From Octopus sinensis (taxonomy: Eukaryota), in the NCBI RefSeq assembly GCF_006345805.1, contig NC_042997.1, forward strand, positions 189,100,001 through 189,164,000: 64,000 nucleotides of DNA, read 5' to 3'. The first letter of the stretch is position 1. Every line of letters starts with the position of its first letter. The notes below the pieces were generated by a model. It was not told where the DNA came from, did not search any database, and saw only the letters and a list, made by a program, of their open reading frames with translations. The translations under genes were made by a program, and so were the position numbers. This document shows positions 38,771-51,170 of the stretch, piece after piece.

Positions 38771-39163
38771 TCTCTATATATATAAAGCTGAAGTTGTCTG
38801 TGTATGGCAGGCTTGTTAGCCTTCAACTTACACTATCTCCTCCGAGACCCTGCGGCGCAAGTTGACCAAAATTGAGAGTATGATAGAAGAAGGCTTGCTC
38901 TTCCTTCCGTAGAAAATAAAATTCAAATCGGACCATGTTAACACCAAAACTTATTTACATAAAAAAGGTGCTTTTTTTCTATGAAAATCCCTATTTTTTA
39001 CGATTTTTTTGACTGCTGTGTCGCCATTTTTCGGTGTATTTCAACCAGAAAAATGTTCACTTAAAGAGAATAACAAGCTACATAATGCAAAATTTTTACT
39101 TTTCAAAAATTCCAATTCTAAAGGGTCGAAACAAACCCGAGCAACGCCGGGCGATACTGCTAG
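38771..39163 (+). mobile_element. Non-autonomous Helitron-like element
   Basis: Begins TC(tctatatatataaagctgaag); ends with the hairpin cccgagcaacgccggg plus CTAG; sits between host A (38770) and T (39164) with no TSD. Confidence 0.7.
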
Positions 39164-39585
39164 TATATTAATATATTCAACAAGTGTCCTCATCTTTGTT
39201 GTTGTAGTCAACGTCTCGGCCGTTGTACTCTTTGGTTTTCTTTAGTTGCCTGTCGCATTTGGTAACATTCTTGAAATTTCGAACCGAACCTTTTATTAAA
39301 TCCACGATGATAGATTATTCTCATTCCATTCTCTGTATCAGAGGTTACTCCTATTATTTTCCTATTTGTGATGTAGAGACAAGCTCCAGAGAAGGCCAGG
39401 CCTCTCAAATTCTACATCACAAGAGTGAGAAAAAACAACGCATATCAAAAACTGCAGAGTGATACCACCATCACAACACTACTAACAAGGACAAAGTTTC
39501 AATGGTGTGCATAAACTGGAATGCTCAAATTGATAAGTCTAGCGGGGGATGGTAGATACAGCAAGTTTAAGAAAGATCTAACCTT

Positions 39586-39994
39586 ATTTATTTATTGTCC
39601 ACAAGGAGCTAAACATAGAGAGGGACAAACAAGGACAAAGGGCTTAAGTCGATTACATCGACCCCAGTGCGCAACTGGTACTTAATTTATCGATCTCGAA
39701 AGGATGAAAGGCAAAGTCGACCTCGGCGGAATTTGAACTCAGAACGTAACGGCAGACAAAATACCTATTTCTTTACTACCCACAAGGGGCTAAACACAGG
39801 GGGGGAGGGACAAACAAGGACAGACAAACGGATTAAGTCGATTATATCGACCATAGTGCGTAACTGGTACTTATTTAATCGACCCCGAAAGGATGAAAGG
39901 CAAAGTCGACCTCGGCGGAATTTGAACTCAGAACGTAACGGCAGACGAAATACCGCTAAGCATTTCGCTCGGCGTGCTAACGTTTCTGCCAGCT
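39586..39994 (-). mobile_element. SINE F1 head-to-tail dimer
   Basis: Two consecutive gaaaggatgaaaggcaaagtcgacctcggcggaatttgaactcagaacg blocks. Confidence 0.9.
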
Positions 39995-40376
39995 TTATTA
40001 TGATCCAACTATAATAAATGAAAGAAAGCTGTCATACATTCCTGAAAAAAATATTCCACTGAGACCTAAAGTTATTTGTCGGGTTGTAACATCATTCGCT
40101 GAGTAGATTCTTTACAAATACAATCAACCCACTAACAGGTAAGTCTCGCTCTTAAAATAAAGTTCTGTCTGCTTCGTGGATATAATTGAAGATACTCCCG
40201 TTCATAGTAAACGAATGGGAAATTTGAACACAGTAAGGCCATCGACGTTTTTACAGACAAGGCTCCGTTAATGGTTAGAGATCAAATGAAATCTGATTCT
40301 TCAATTGGGGAAAATATCAGTAAAAAAGATAGAGAGCCTGTTGATATTCTGTGTACAAACAATATACTTCCAATTG

Positions 40377-41025
40377 AAGGCGGCGAGCTGGCAGAAACGT
40401 TAGCACGCCGGGCGAAATGCTTTGCGGTATTTCGTCTGCCGCTACGTCCTGAGTTCTAATTCCGCTGAGATCAACTTTGCCTTTCATCCTTTCGGGGTCG
40501 ATTAAATAAGTACCAGTTACGCACTGGGGTCAATATAATCGACTTAATCCGTTTGTCTGTCCTTGTTTGTCTTCTCTGTGTTTAGCCCCTTGTGGGTAGT
40601 GAAGAAATAAGAAAACGTTAGCACGCCGGGCGAAATGCTTTGCGGTATTCCGTCTGCCGCTACGTTCTGAGTTCAAATTCCGCCGAGGTTAACTTTGCCT
40701 TTCATCCTTTCGGGGTCGATTAAATAAGTACCAGTTACGCACTGGGGTCAATATAATCGACTTAATCCGTTTGTCTGTCTTTGTTTAGCCCCTTGTGGGT
40801 AGTAAAGAAATAAGAATTGTTAGCACGCCGGGCGAAATGCTTTGCGGTATTTCGTCTGCCGTTACGTTCTGAGTTCAAATTCCGCCGAGGTTGACTTTGC
40901 CTTTCATCCTTTCGGGGTCGATTAAATAAGTACCATTTACGCACTGGGGTCAATATAATCGACTTAATCAGTTTGTCTGTCCTTGTTTGTCCCTTCTGTG
41001 TTTAGCCCCTTGTGGGTAGTAAAGA
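40377..41025 (+). mobile_element. SINE F1 head-to-tail trimer with a single 16-bp TSD
   Basis: TSD aatatacttccaattg at 40361-40376 and 41026-41041. Confidence 0.92.
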
Positions 41026-42282
41026 AATATACTTCCAATTGTAGTTTGATCTATATCATCAGTAAGAAAGTTTAGCTATGAGTTTACCATTATGTTTAGC
41101 AATGGCAAACACAAGGAATATTTTGAGAAATGATCTTGAAATATGGTCACTTAAGCCTACCATGTGGCTGAGGTTTGTGGATGGTTCTGGCTTCATTAGG
41201 AAGAAATACAAGTGCTGCCGGGCAATATTGATTCAATAAGACCTTTAATACAGTTTGCGACTGAAAAAAAAAAGGGCAATAAACCGGCCTTCTTGAATAT
41301 GCTAATAACTTGTAGATTATGAATTCATTAGATCCGTATATTGCAAACTCACTTGTATTGGACAATTGCTTGATCTTTGATCACAACCATTCATACAGTG
41401 TGAAGAAAGGGATTATTCGTGGACAAAAACATAGAAGAAAATTCAGCAAGTGGTAACTGAAATACACACCAGCATATGATCAGAACAAGAAAAAACCCTT
41501 CACAGTTGCAACTACCCTGGAAGTATTGCGTTAAATTCACAGAACAGAGGTATATGGGCCGATAATGTTGAATCGAAAAGCTGCCACAAACAGTATTTCA
41601 AAGCAGTGTTCATGTCAACGAATGTATACCCACCCTTCTTCCTTTGGACTTTCAATTCTTATCCTTTGACGGGTTTTTATTTCCTATCCTTTAGGGGCGT
41701 GTCTCCTGAACAAAACAAACGTCTACCAAAAGAGATCACGTTGAAGAATTGTGAGTATTCTATCTCATGCAGTTCATGCGGAACGAACAAGTGACATCAC
41801 AAACAAGAGACTAGCTAATAGGAAAATATCTCTGGTATGGACTACAGAATGAGAATAATTTACTCCTGTGGTATTAATAAAAGGTTCGTTCGAAATTCCG
41901 AGAGCATTACTGAATACGACTGGAATCTGAAATAGGGCGGAGCAAGATTTGATTTATATGTAAGACATTATAAGCGTAAATTTAGGACAGACACCACCCC
42001 GCCTCCCGCGACACTCCGACGGGATAATTTGTGTTTCACTTAACTTCCCGTACTATGAATTGTCTGCTGTATCCTGATGTGATATTTGGTATGGGGGAAT
42101 CGTTAGTTTCGTTTGGCAGAGACACTGGGTATTCTGTGGTGGAATTGATACAGTGACTTTTAGAATGTAGAAAACACGAGGTTCAAGTACCGTTAGAAGA
42201 GCAACTCTTTCAGTGCACAAACGTGTGTGTGTGTGTGGTGTGTGTGTGTGTGCGTGCGTGCGTGCGTGTGCGTGTGTGTGTG

Positions 42283-42311
<29 letters not shown>

Positions 42312-42313
<2 letters not shown>

Positions 42314-42541
42314 GGCGGCGAGCTGGCAGAATCGTTAGCACGCCGGGCGAAATGAGTAGCCATATTTCGTCTGCCGTTACGTTCTGAGTTCAAATTCCGC
42401 CGAGGTCGACTTTGCCTTTCATCCTTTCGGGGTCGATTAAATAAGTACCAGTTACATCATGGGGTCGATGTAATCGACTTAATCCGTTTGTCTGTCCTTG
42501 TTTGTCCCCTCTGTGTTTAGCCCCTTGATGATAGTAAAGAA
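42312..42541 (+). mobile_element. SINE F1 monomer inserted in (TATG)n
   Basis: Flanked by tatgtatg tracts on both sides. Confidence 0.9.
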
Positions 42542-42560
42542 ATATGTATGTATGTATGTA

Positions 42561-42604
<44 letters not shown>

Positions 42605-43365
42605 TGTGTGTGTTCATGTCAACGAATGTATACCCACCCTTCTTCCTTTGAACTTTCAGTTCTTATCATTTGACGGGTTTTATTTCCTATCTTTTATTAT
42701 TTTAACTTATGTTATATATAGCCAGACCCATTTGCAGGTTATAACCCCAGAATTATTCTACTCTCCGTCAGTGTACCCTCATACTACGAGAGAGTACAAC
42801 ATGCATGGAGAAACTCAGTATATGTAGTAGAATATCTTTTATACCAAACACCCGAGGAGACACAGACTGCACCGATTGATGCAACACAACTAGATATGCA
42901 ATATCCTACCCGAAAGGGACAGCTGCAGGAAGGGTCGAAACAATAGTCGCGTTGAATAAAGATTCGCACCAAATCCATTTCCGTTTCCCTCATCAATTAT
43001 CTATTATATAAAATCCGTTCTGTCTGTCTGTGTGTGTGTCTTCTAGGATCTCGGGCATCCTCCATCCGATTGCGCTCAAATTTGATATGTAGATACCGAC
43101 GGTATCAGGGCGTATAGAAGTCTTGAAAAAATTACAAAAATCGTTTCCAGGTGAGAATGCAATCAATAAAGCCGTGGGAACGTGCATTTGTACGCGCAAG
43201 TACACCAGCTGTTGCTCAAATTAAGGTTAAATCAGTGTTTCTCAAAGGGGAGGCCTATGGGACGGTCGGACAAGTTGTTCTGAGAAAATTTAGTTTAAAT
43301 GTTTGATAACTCAGTACCGTCCATTGGACGGGGGTGGGGGAGGGAGCGTTTTGCTCGTATATATG

Positions 43366-43400
<35 letters not shown>

Positions 43401-43524
43401 TATCAATAATAATAAAGGGTAAAATTAATTAATCAATTTATAATTAATAATCTTACCAAGTAGTTCGGTATGTTAAAAGAACCATTATCGGTAAACTTAT
43501 ACAAAAATTATTCTAATTATAAAC

Positions 43525-43833
43525 ATAATTATAATTAGGGTTTACCAAAATTGCTTCACCACATACCGAAATTTAGAAATAGCAGTTAAATACTATTCCT
43601 CTACCATAAGATATCTCCCAGACAGCAATACTCTCAACTCACGCAGGTTAAGAGAAAAAATAACGAATAGTTAATCAAAGCCGGTCGGATTCGTTATTTT
43701 TTCTCTTTGCATGTGTGAGTTGAGAGCATTGCTGTCTGAGAGATATCTTATGGTAGTAGAATGGTATTTTAACTGCTATTTCTAAATTTCGGTATATGGT
43801 GAAGCAATTTTGGTAAACCCTAATTATAATTAT
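43525..43833. repeat. Long inverted repeat / foldback element (~144-bp arms, 20-nt spacer)
   Basis: Left arm ataattataattagggtttaccaaaattgcttcacc...taacgaat (43525-43668) is the near reverse complement of 43689-43833. Confidence 0.92.
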
Positions 43834-43857
43834 AATAATTTATATATATATATATAC

Positions 43858-43888
<31 letters not shown>

Positions 43889-44039
43889 GTAAGTAGCTTG
43901 CTTACGAACCACATGGTTCCGGGTTCAGTCCCACTGCGTTGCACCTTGGGCAAGTGTCTTCTACTATAGCCTCGGGTCGACCGAAGCCTTGTAAGTGGAA
44001 TTGGTGGACGGAAACTGAAAGAAGCCCGTCGTATATATG

Positions 44040-44114
<75 letters not shown>

Positions 44115-44711
44115 TGTAACACGTGTCTGTGAATCTTTTCTCTTAGACAAAAACCACACCACCATGCATTTGAACGGTGTATATACATTTAGTATGATAT
44201 ATATATGGCAACACACACACACACACCACACACACACACACACATACGCAGAAAAGTATGTATACAAAGTTTGTAATAAGATGTCAAATGACATAAGATA
44301 GTAGGTACATGCAAACAAAACACAGGTCGAATTTGCGTCTAAACCCCAGCTTTAAGTGCAAGGAAATGATACCCGCATAAATCAAGATTGGCTCTAGGCA
44401 ACGGATCGATCGAGCTGGTATATGACGTATAACGGAACAAAAGCAGTCTACGGGTAGCAAGTAATTTTATTGCATATTTATTCTTACATAACATATTGAA
44501 GAGAAATGCAAATACATTTCCTTTATGCATATTTGCTTTTCTTTCCAACATAGTATATAAGAAGTATAAATAGGTTATCAATTGAGGTGATACCTGTTGA
44601 TTGTCTGTCTTTGCTTTTTTCCCGTTGCACATACATACAGGCATACATACCTGCATGCATGCATACATAAATGTAAGTCTGTCTTCCACCTCTCTTTCTC
44701 TAAATATAAAT

Positions 44712-45104
44712 AGGCGTAGGAGTGGCTGTGTGTTAAGTAGCTTGCTTACCAACCACATGGTTCCGGATTCAGTCCCACTGCGTGGCACCTTGGGCAAGTG
44801 TCTTCTACTCTAGCCTTGGGCCGACCAAAGCCTTCTGAGTGGATTTGGCAGACGGAAACTGAAAGAAGCCCGTCGTATATATGTATATATATATATATAT
44901 ATGTGTGTGTCTGTGTTTGACTCCACAACATCGCTTGACAACCGATGCTGGTGTGTTTACGTCCCCGTAACTTAGCGGTTCGGCAAAATAGACCGATAGA
45001 ATAAGTACTAGGCTTACAAAGAATAAGTCCTGGAGGTCGATTTACTCGACCAAAGGCGGTGCTCCTGTATGGCCGCAGTCAAATGACTGAAACAAGTAAA
45101 AGAG
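44712..45104 (+). mobile_element. Full-length SINE F2
   Basis: Complete family signature; abuts the MITE at 45105. Confidence 0.9.
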
Positions 45105-45626
45105 TACCGTAAATCCTCGAGTATAATCCGCATCCTCCCCCCCCCCCAAATTTAAAGGTCAAAATCCCTAGTGCGTACTATATACGAGGTTAAAAATGAA
45201 AAAAATATTTTCTAAGCAATGTCCGAGCCTCTGTTTGCTGTCTGACAATGTTTATTCAGATGCATTTTGTGATGTCGGACGCGAAAATACCTTAAGCTAA
45301 GCCTAAAAGCAATGAAGCCATAAAAGAGTCATCCATAACTTGCAATAAGCAACATTTATTAAACGTTATTACTGTTATTTCTTTATTTTCTGCAAACAAA
45401 ATGCACAAAAAAGCTACACGTTTGCATTATGTTATATATACAATAATACTAAAGGACGTTACCGTATGCATTTTCACAAACCAAGGACGTTATATAAACC
45501 TCCTTGACTCAAGTTACTGAAGGGGTGCGTATTATACACAAGGTTTAGGTTTTTCAGAGGTACAGCCCCCTAAAAATCCCCTGCGTATTATACTCAAGGG
45601 CGGACTATACTCGAGGATTCGCAGTA
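45105..45626. mobile_element. Tc2/pogo-like MITE, copy 2 (CpG-intact)
   Basis: TIRs taccgtaaatcctcgagtataatccgc / gcggactatactcgaggattcgcagta. Confidence 0.8.
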
Positions 45627-46358
45627 TATCTTTTGTGTACAAATAGGTCTACGACTGCTACTGTTAAGCAGGGTTCCAATCAACTATAATGGTGAAACGT
45701 ACGTAGGAACTAATTCTATAAATTTGTATTTATCTTCACTTCTCATATATTTACGAGAATTTATTACTGATTACGACAATTGTTCTGGCACATCTACCAT
45801 CGTCGTGATCAATAATAAATTCTCGTAAGTTCCTTTTCTACTCTATCGATCCAGTAGACAACTGGTACTTAATTTATCGATCCCGAAAGGATGAAAGGCA
45901 AAGTCGACCTCGGCGGAATTTGAACTTAGAACATAAAGACAGATGAAATACCGTTAAGCAGCTCACCACCTAATTCTCGTATATTCCATCTTCCGTCTTT
46001 CATTTGTTATAGAAATAACTATCATTACGAAAAGGAGGTGTGCTTAACCAGTAAGCTACCAGGTGTAAACCATTCATTTTATTATCCACCATATATATAT
46101 ATAATAATAATAATAAATTCGCCCTTTTAAAGCCTACCCAGGCTCATGGGCCCGGTTTCCCGGTTTCTATGGCGTATGTGTTCCCCAACTGGACGGGACG
46201 CCAGTCCATAGCAGCGCTATTCATTTTTGCCAGCTGAGTGGACAGGAGCAACGTGAAATAAAGTGTTTTGCTCAAGAACACAATGCGGTCCAGGAATCGA
46301 AACCACAATCTTATGATCATGTTGCTGGCACCATAACCACTAAGCCACGCGCCTCCAT

Positions 46359-46389
<31 letters not shown>

Positions 46390-46404
46390 TATATGTATAT
46401 ATGT

Positions 46405-46700
46405 GTGGAGGCGCAATAGCCCAGTAGTTAGGTCGTAGGATCGCGGTTTCGATTCCCAGACCGGGCGTTGTGAGTGTTTATTGAGCGAAAACACCTAAAG
46501 CTCCACGAGGCTCTGGCAGGGGGTGGTGGCGATCCCTGCTGTACTCTTTCGCCGCAACTTTCTCTCACTCTTTCTTCTGTTGGCCTGCTCGCTTAGCCAG
46601 TGGGGTGGCGTCATTTGGAGGCTAAAACAATGCGAAGCGCATTGTGACCAGCGATGTGTAGCAACATCTGACAGTCTGGTCGGTCACGGTGACGGTGACG

Positions 46701-46705
<5 letters not shown>
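46405..46705 (+). mobile_element. tRNA-derived SINE (F6) with a (CGGTGA)n tail
   Basis: tggaggcgcaatagcccagt...ggtttcgattcccagaccgggcg head; tail cacggtgacggtgacggtga. Confidence 0.7.
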
Positions 46706-46762
<57 letters not shown>

Positions 46763-46929
46763 CATACACATACATAATCTTTTCTGTTATATTGGGATCG
46801 ATTCGCTCGACTAAAAGTTCTACAAAGCGGTGCCCCAGCATGGCTGCAATTTAATGACTGAAACAAGTAGAAAGCAAAATGTAAAAGGTATGTTTATATG
46901 GAGTTTATGCAACATATGTATTTTATATA

Positions 46930-47340
46930 AACTTTTCCAAAACTTTCTAGCTTTCTTGCAAGCTTTATACTCCCTAGAAGGGCTAAAAATATAGCATAAT
47001 ACACTCTGACCAAAAGGGAGGAAGCAGATGCCAAAAAATTACAGGCTTTCCTCTCTGGTTTCACATTCCAGTCATATAGAACGAATTGTCAGATGACGAG
47101 CTTACGAGAACCTGACTTGCAGCAACTGACACTAACACGCCACACGGTTTTTGTCAAGGAAGAAGCTGCCTCACACAGATTCTACAGCATTATGATTGCC
47201 TATTGTAACATCTGCTCAACTCTTCAAATGTGGATGTAATATATTTTGACATCGTGGAGGCTTTTAATAACGTTGATCATGAAGTGTTATAGCATAAACT
47301 GCGTGGTTTCGGCATAGTTGGAAAATTAGGAGACTTATGA
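46930..47340 (+). mobile_element. CR1/L2-type LINE reverse-transcriptase relic
   Basis: Translation with a stop: HGFCQGRSCLTQILQHYD...NVDVIYFDIVEAFNNVDHEVL*HKLRGFGIVGKLG, matching RT motifs QHGF..GRSCLT and YLDF.KAFD.VDH. Confidence 0.75.
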
Positions 47341-47432
47341 AGTAAAAAGTCAGGTAGTTGCGACTTCATCTTTTCTTCCACTTTTCTCTCGGAATTAGTT
47401 TTCATATAAACTGGTCTCATACTACGAGTAAT

Positions 47433-48247
47433 TTAACCATTTTGTTATTTTGTTACTGTATTTATTTTCAGATGCTCTCTGTTTCTTTCAATTACTTTAA
47501 ATATAACAAAGAATTTAGTAAAATAACTAAGTAAAATAGGCGTAGGAGTGGCTGTGTGGTAAGTAGCTTCCTTACGAACCACATGGTTCCAGGTTCAGTC
47601 CCACTGCGTGGCACCTTGGGCAAGTGTCTTCTACTATAGCCTCGGGTCGACCAATGCCTTGTGAGTGGATTTGGTAGACGGAAACTGAAAGAAGCCCGTC
47701 GTAAGGCGTAGGAGTGGCTGTGTAGTAAGTAGCTTGCTTACGAACCACATGGTTCCAGGTTCAGTCCCACTGCGTGGCACCTTGGGCAAGTGTCTTCTAC
47801 TATAGCCTCGGGTCGACCAATGCCTTGTGAGTGGATTTGGTAGACGGAAACTGAAAGAAGCCCGTCGTATATATGTATATATATATATGTATGTGCGTGT
47901 TTGTGTGTCTGTGTTTGTCCCCACCAACATCGCTTGACAACCGATGGTGATGTGTTTATGTCCCCGTAACTTAGCGGTTAGGCAAAAGAGGACGATAGAA
48001 TAAGTACTAGGCTTACAAAGAATAAGTCCTGGGGTCGATTTGCTCGACTGAAGGCGGTGCTCCAGCATGGCCACAGTCAAATGACTGAAACAAGTAAAAG
48101 AGTAAAAGAGTTATAATTAAGCTAGTGTTAAGCACATAAATTGTGACTACGGTTTGGTGGAAGATATTAATACAAAACTTATGAAGACAAGACATTTGTG
48201 CTCAGTGCCAGAGTCGGTTTCAGCCGGGTTGGTAACGAAAGGGTTAA
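47433..48247. mobile_element. piggyBac-like TTAA MITE interrupted by SINE F2 with a duplicated 5' half (47538-47703 + 47704-48110)
   Basis: ttaaccatttt... and ...ggtaacgaaagggttaa termini; two consecutive aggcgtaggagtggctg heads 166 bp apart. Confidence 0.7.
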
Positions 48248-48639
48248 TGTTTAAGAGATGATTTCCAATATTGCAAAGAAGGATCTGACGCGCCAACAAA
48301 ATAGACACAACATTTATCCCTCTCGTTCTTTAAAACATTGGAAAAGAGTTTTAATTAAGCAATATGAAGTTTAATTAAATATTTCTAAGATATTAGTTTA
48401 ATGTTTGTGCTATTTCGTTTTTGTGTTGAACCGGTGCGTGTGTTATTACTATTGGCATAATGGCTCTCCCAAGACACAGCAATGTTTGTGTTATTGCTAT
48501 TTTTTGTTATATCTAATGCTTTATCTGTATTATTAACGCTTTCTATGAGACATCGATTTTCTACACATTCCCCGAATGACGTAAGCAAACTATAATATTC
48601 ACGGACACACATACACACGTGCATGTACGTCTAGACAGA

Positions 48640-48741
<102 letters not shown>

Positions 48742-49029
48742 CATTGTCCTTTGAGAGAGAAAGAGATTATTGGGTAAGTGTATGTGTATTTTAGATAAGG
48801 AGACCAAAGAAAAGAGTAACGCTGGTTTCTTGAGTATGCTGTTAAGAGAAGTTGTTTGGTGTAAGCTAGGCTGTTTTGCGTGTATGTATACATGACGTGT
48901 ATGTATACGCGAACATAATACATTATTATAATATTTATTGCACATATTTATATACATTTTTAATGACTGCTAGTAGAGACGTAAGAGATTAGAAGCGAGT
49001 TCTAGTGTAACAGAGATTACACAGTAATC

Positions 49030-49572
49030 CATTCTTCTATAATCACAAGGTCTGAAATTTTGCGGGAGGGGTAAAGTCGATCACATCGAACCCCAGTATT
49101 TGACTGGTACTCAATTCATCGACCCCGAAAGGCATGAAAAGCAAAGTCGACCTCAGCGGAATTTGAACTCAGAATGTAACGACGGAAGAAATAGCTATTT
49201 CTTTACTACCCACAAGGGGCTAAACACAGAGAGGACAAACAAGGACAGACAAACGGATTAAGTCGATTATATCAACCCCAGTACGTAACTGGTACTTATT
49301 TAATCGACTCCGAAAGGATTAAAGGCAAAGTCGACCTCGGCAGAATTTGAACTCAGAACGTAGCGGTAGACGAAATACCTATTTCTTTACTACCCACAAG
49401 GGGCTAAATACAGAGAGGACAAACAAGGACAGACAAACGGATTAAGTCGATTATATCCACCCCAGTACGTAACTGGTATTTGTTTAATCGACCCCGAAAG
49501 GACGAAAGGTAAAGTCGACCTCGGCGGAATTTGAACTCAGAACATAACGGCATGCTAACGATTCTGTCAGCT
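49030..49572 (-). mobile_element. SINE F1 trimer
   Basis: Three gaaagg..gaaa(g/a)g(c/t)aaagtcgacctc blocks joined at ctatttctttactaccc junctions. Confidence 0.85.
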
Positions 49573-50972
49573 CAATGATTAGTAAGTCTGAAGATGCCGG
49601 AAAGATTTGGCCTGAAATTATGAAGAAGAGTTCCTTTCGTTTCTAATTGGATTCAGCAAAGGAAACTGGACGCTGTAAAGGGTTAATTGCTTAATTAAAA
49701 CTGCAGTGAATTCTTTATGAGTGCTTGCTTGATGAGAGTGATGTGCCTTCAATGAAAACTAACCCGCCTATGTTCTCTTGTTCGTGCCTTTTCCTAAATA
49801 ACTAGAGAAAGCGCGCGAACTTCACGGACATTGAAGATAGTGTTCATGATTTGCCATGATATCACTGCGAACGGATTGGTTGATAATCAGGACAGACCGC
49901 GTGACCTGAACATGATCTACGCGCAGTACGAACCTGGCAACTGAAAATGTGAGGCCTCGTTACAAAAGAAAGAAAAACAGTCTGATAAGCAGATAACATT
50001 TCGGTACCTCAATCTCATACACTCCTACTTAACTGCTTCTCCGTTACAACTTTCAGTTTCTCTATATTTTGCTTGACTAATTTCTGTTTTACTCCAAGAA
50101 GATTTCGGACCCGGGATCATTTGTTTACACATTATTTTATGTTGCATCGGGATGTCTGCGTATAATTTGGTGCAAAGACAAACGGACGAACATCGACGTT
50201 TATAGATATGAATTTGTTACTAAACTAATCAAGTACTTGAGATTTATTTACTTGAAATTTATTTACTGTCTTCTAGTAGAAGTTACTAGTTGACGACAGA
50301 CTCGTTCTCTCATTTCGTTCAATCGAATTTTGAAGATGGGCTAACTATAGCTATATAACGCTGGTTACTTTATCAATCATTTTCTTTAGACACTGGCAGA
50401 TGACACCAGAAATTCACTTGTAGAAACTATGTACGGTCCTGAAATAATATTTACCATATGTTTTGTAATTCATTTGTGCAAACCACAAATCTATGTTTAA
50501 ATTCGTGAGGATAAAGCAGATCTGACGAGCTATATAAGTCAACTTAAGGGAGAGTATATGAATTTAAAAAATCAGTGAAACTTTCCAGAATGTTTATTAT
50601 TTAAGTATATATATGAGCATATCTAGAATTACAAATTATATGCATGAGAAGATAAACATCAAACAAAACATTCAAATTTGCACATATACATACATACAAA
50701 AATACCCTGTTGATGTTGTTGGCATTCCAGTGAAGGAGCTTTCGATCTAGGTTTGAAACCGGTTCTTTTTCTATTGACAAGAAATCTTGAAATAAATCTG
50801 AAAAATGACATACATACGTAAATACATACATGCATGCATGCACACACACACATACATACATACATACATAGATACATAGATACATACACACATACATACA
50901 TACATACATACATACACACGCACACATACATACACAAACATACATACATATATATACATTCATACATATAAA

Positions 50973-51170
50973 GTGGATCCAAACGAAGAAGAACAAACAA
51001 GAAAAAACAACAACGCGAGGACGTGGTACAAGTAATGTATTATCAGACGCTCAGGAAAGGAAAGGAAGTGGATTTAACGTTTCGAGCAAAGCTCTTCTTC
51101 AGAAATAGAGGAAACTCCAAAAGAAGGGAAGACGAAGGAAGAAAATCTCCAACGATTTACACGTGGTTAC

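Noticed and set aside
43000-43200. TC-tattatataaaatccgttctgtctgtctgt Helitron-like 5' end
   Set aside because: No matching 3' hairpin/CTAG was found, so it is too incomplete to annotate confidently.
45076-45104. SINE F2 tail agtc-aaat-gact-GAAAC-aa-GTA-aaaga resembles the 3' half of a hammerhead
   Set aside because: No upstream CUGANGA core is present in the F2 copies examined. A PLE-derived origin of the tail is conceivable but unsupported here.
49588-49625. CTGAAGA-t-gcc...ggc-ct-GAAA hammerhead-like core
   Set aside because: It lacks a valid UH cleavage triplet and stem I pairing; at best a decayed relic.
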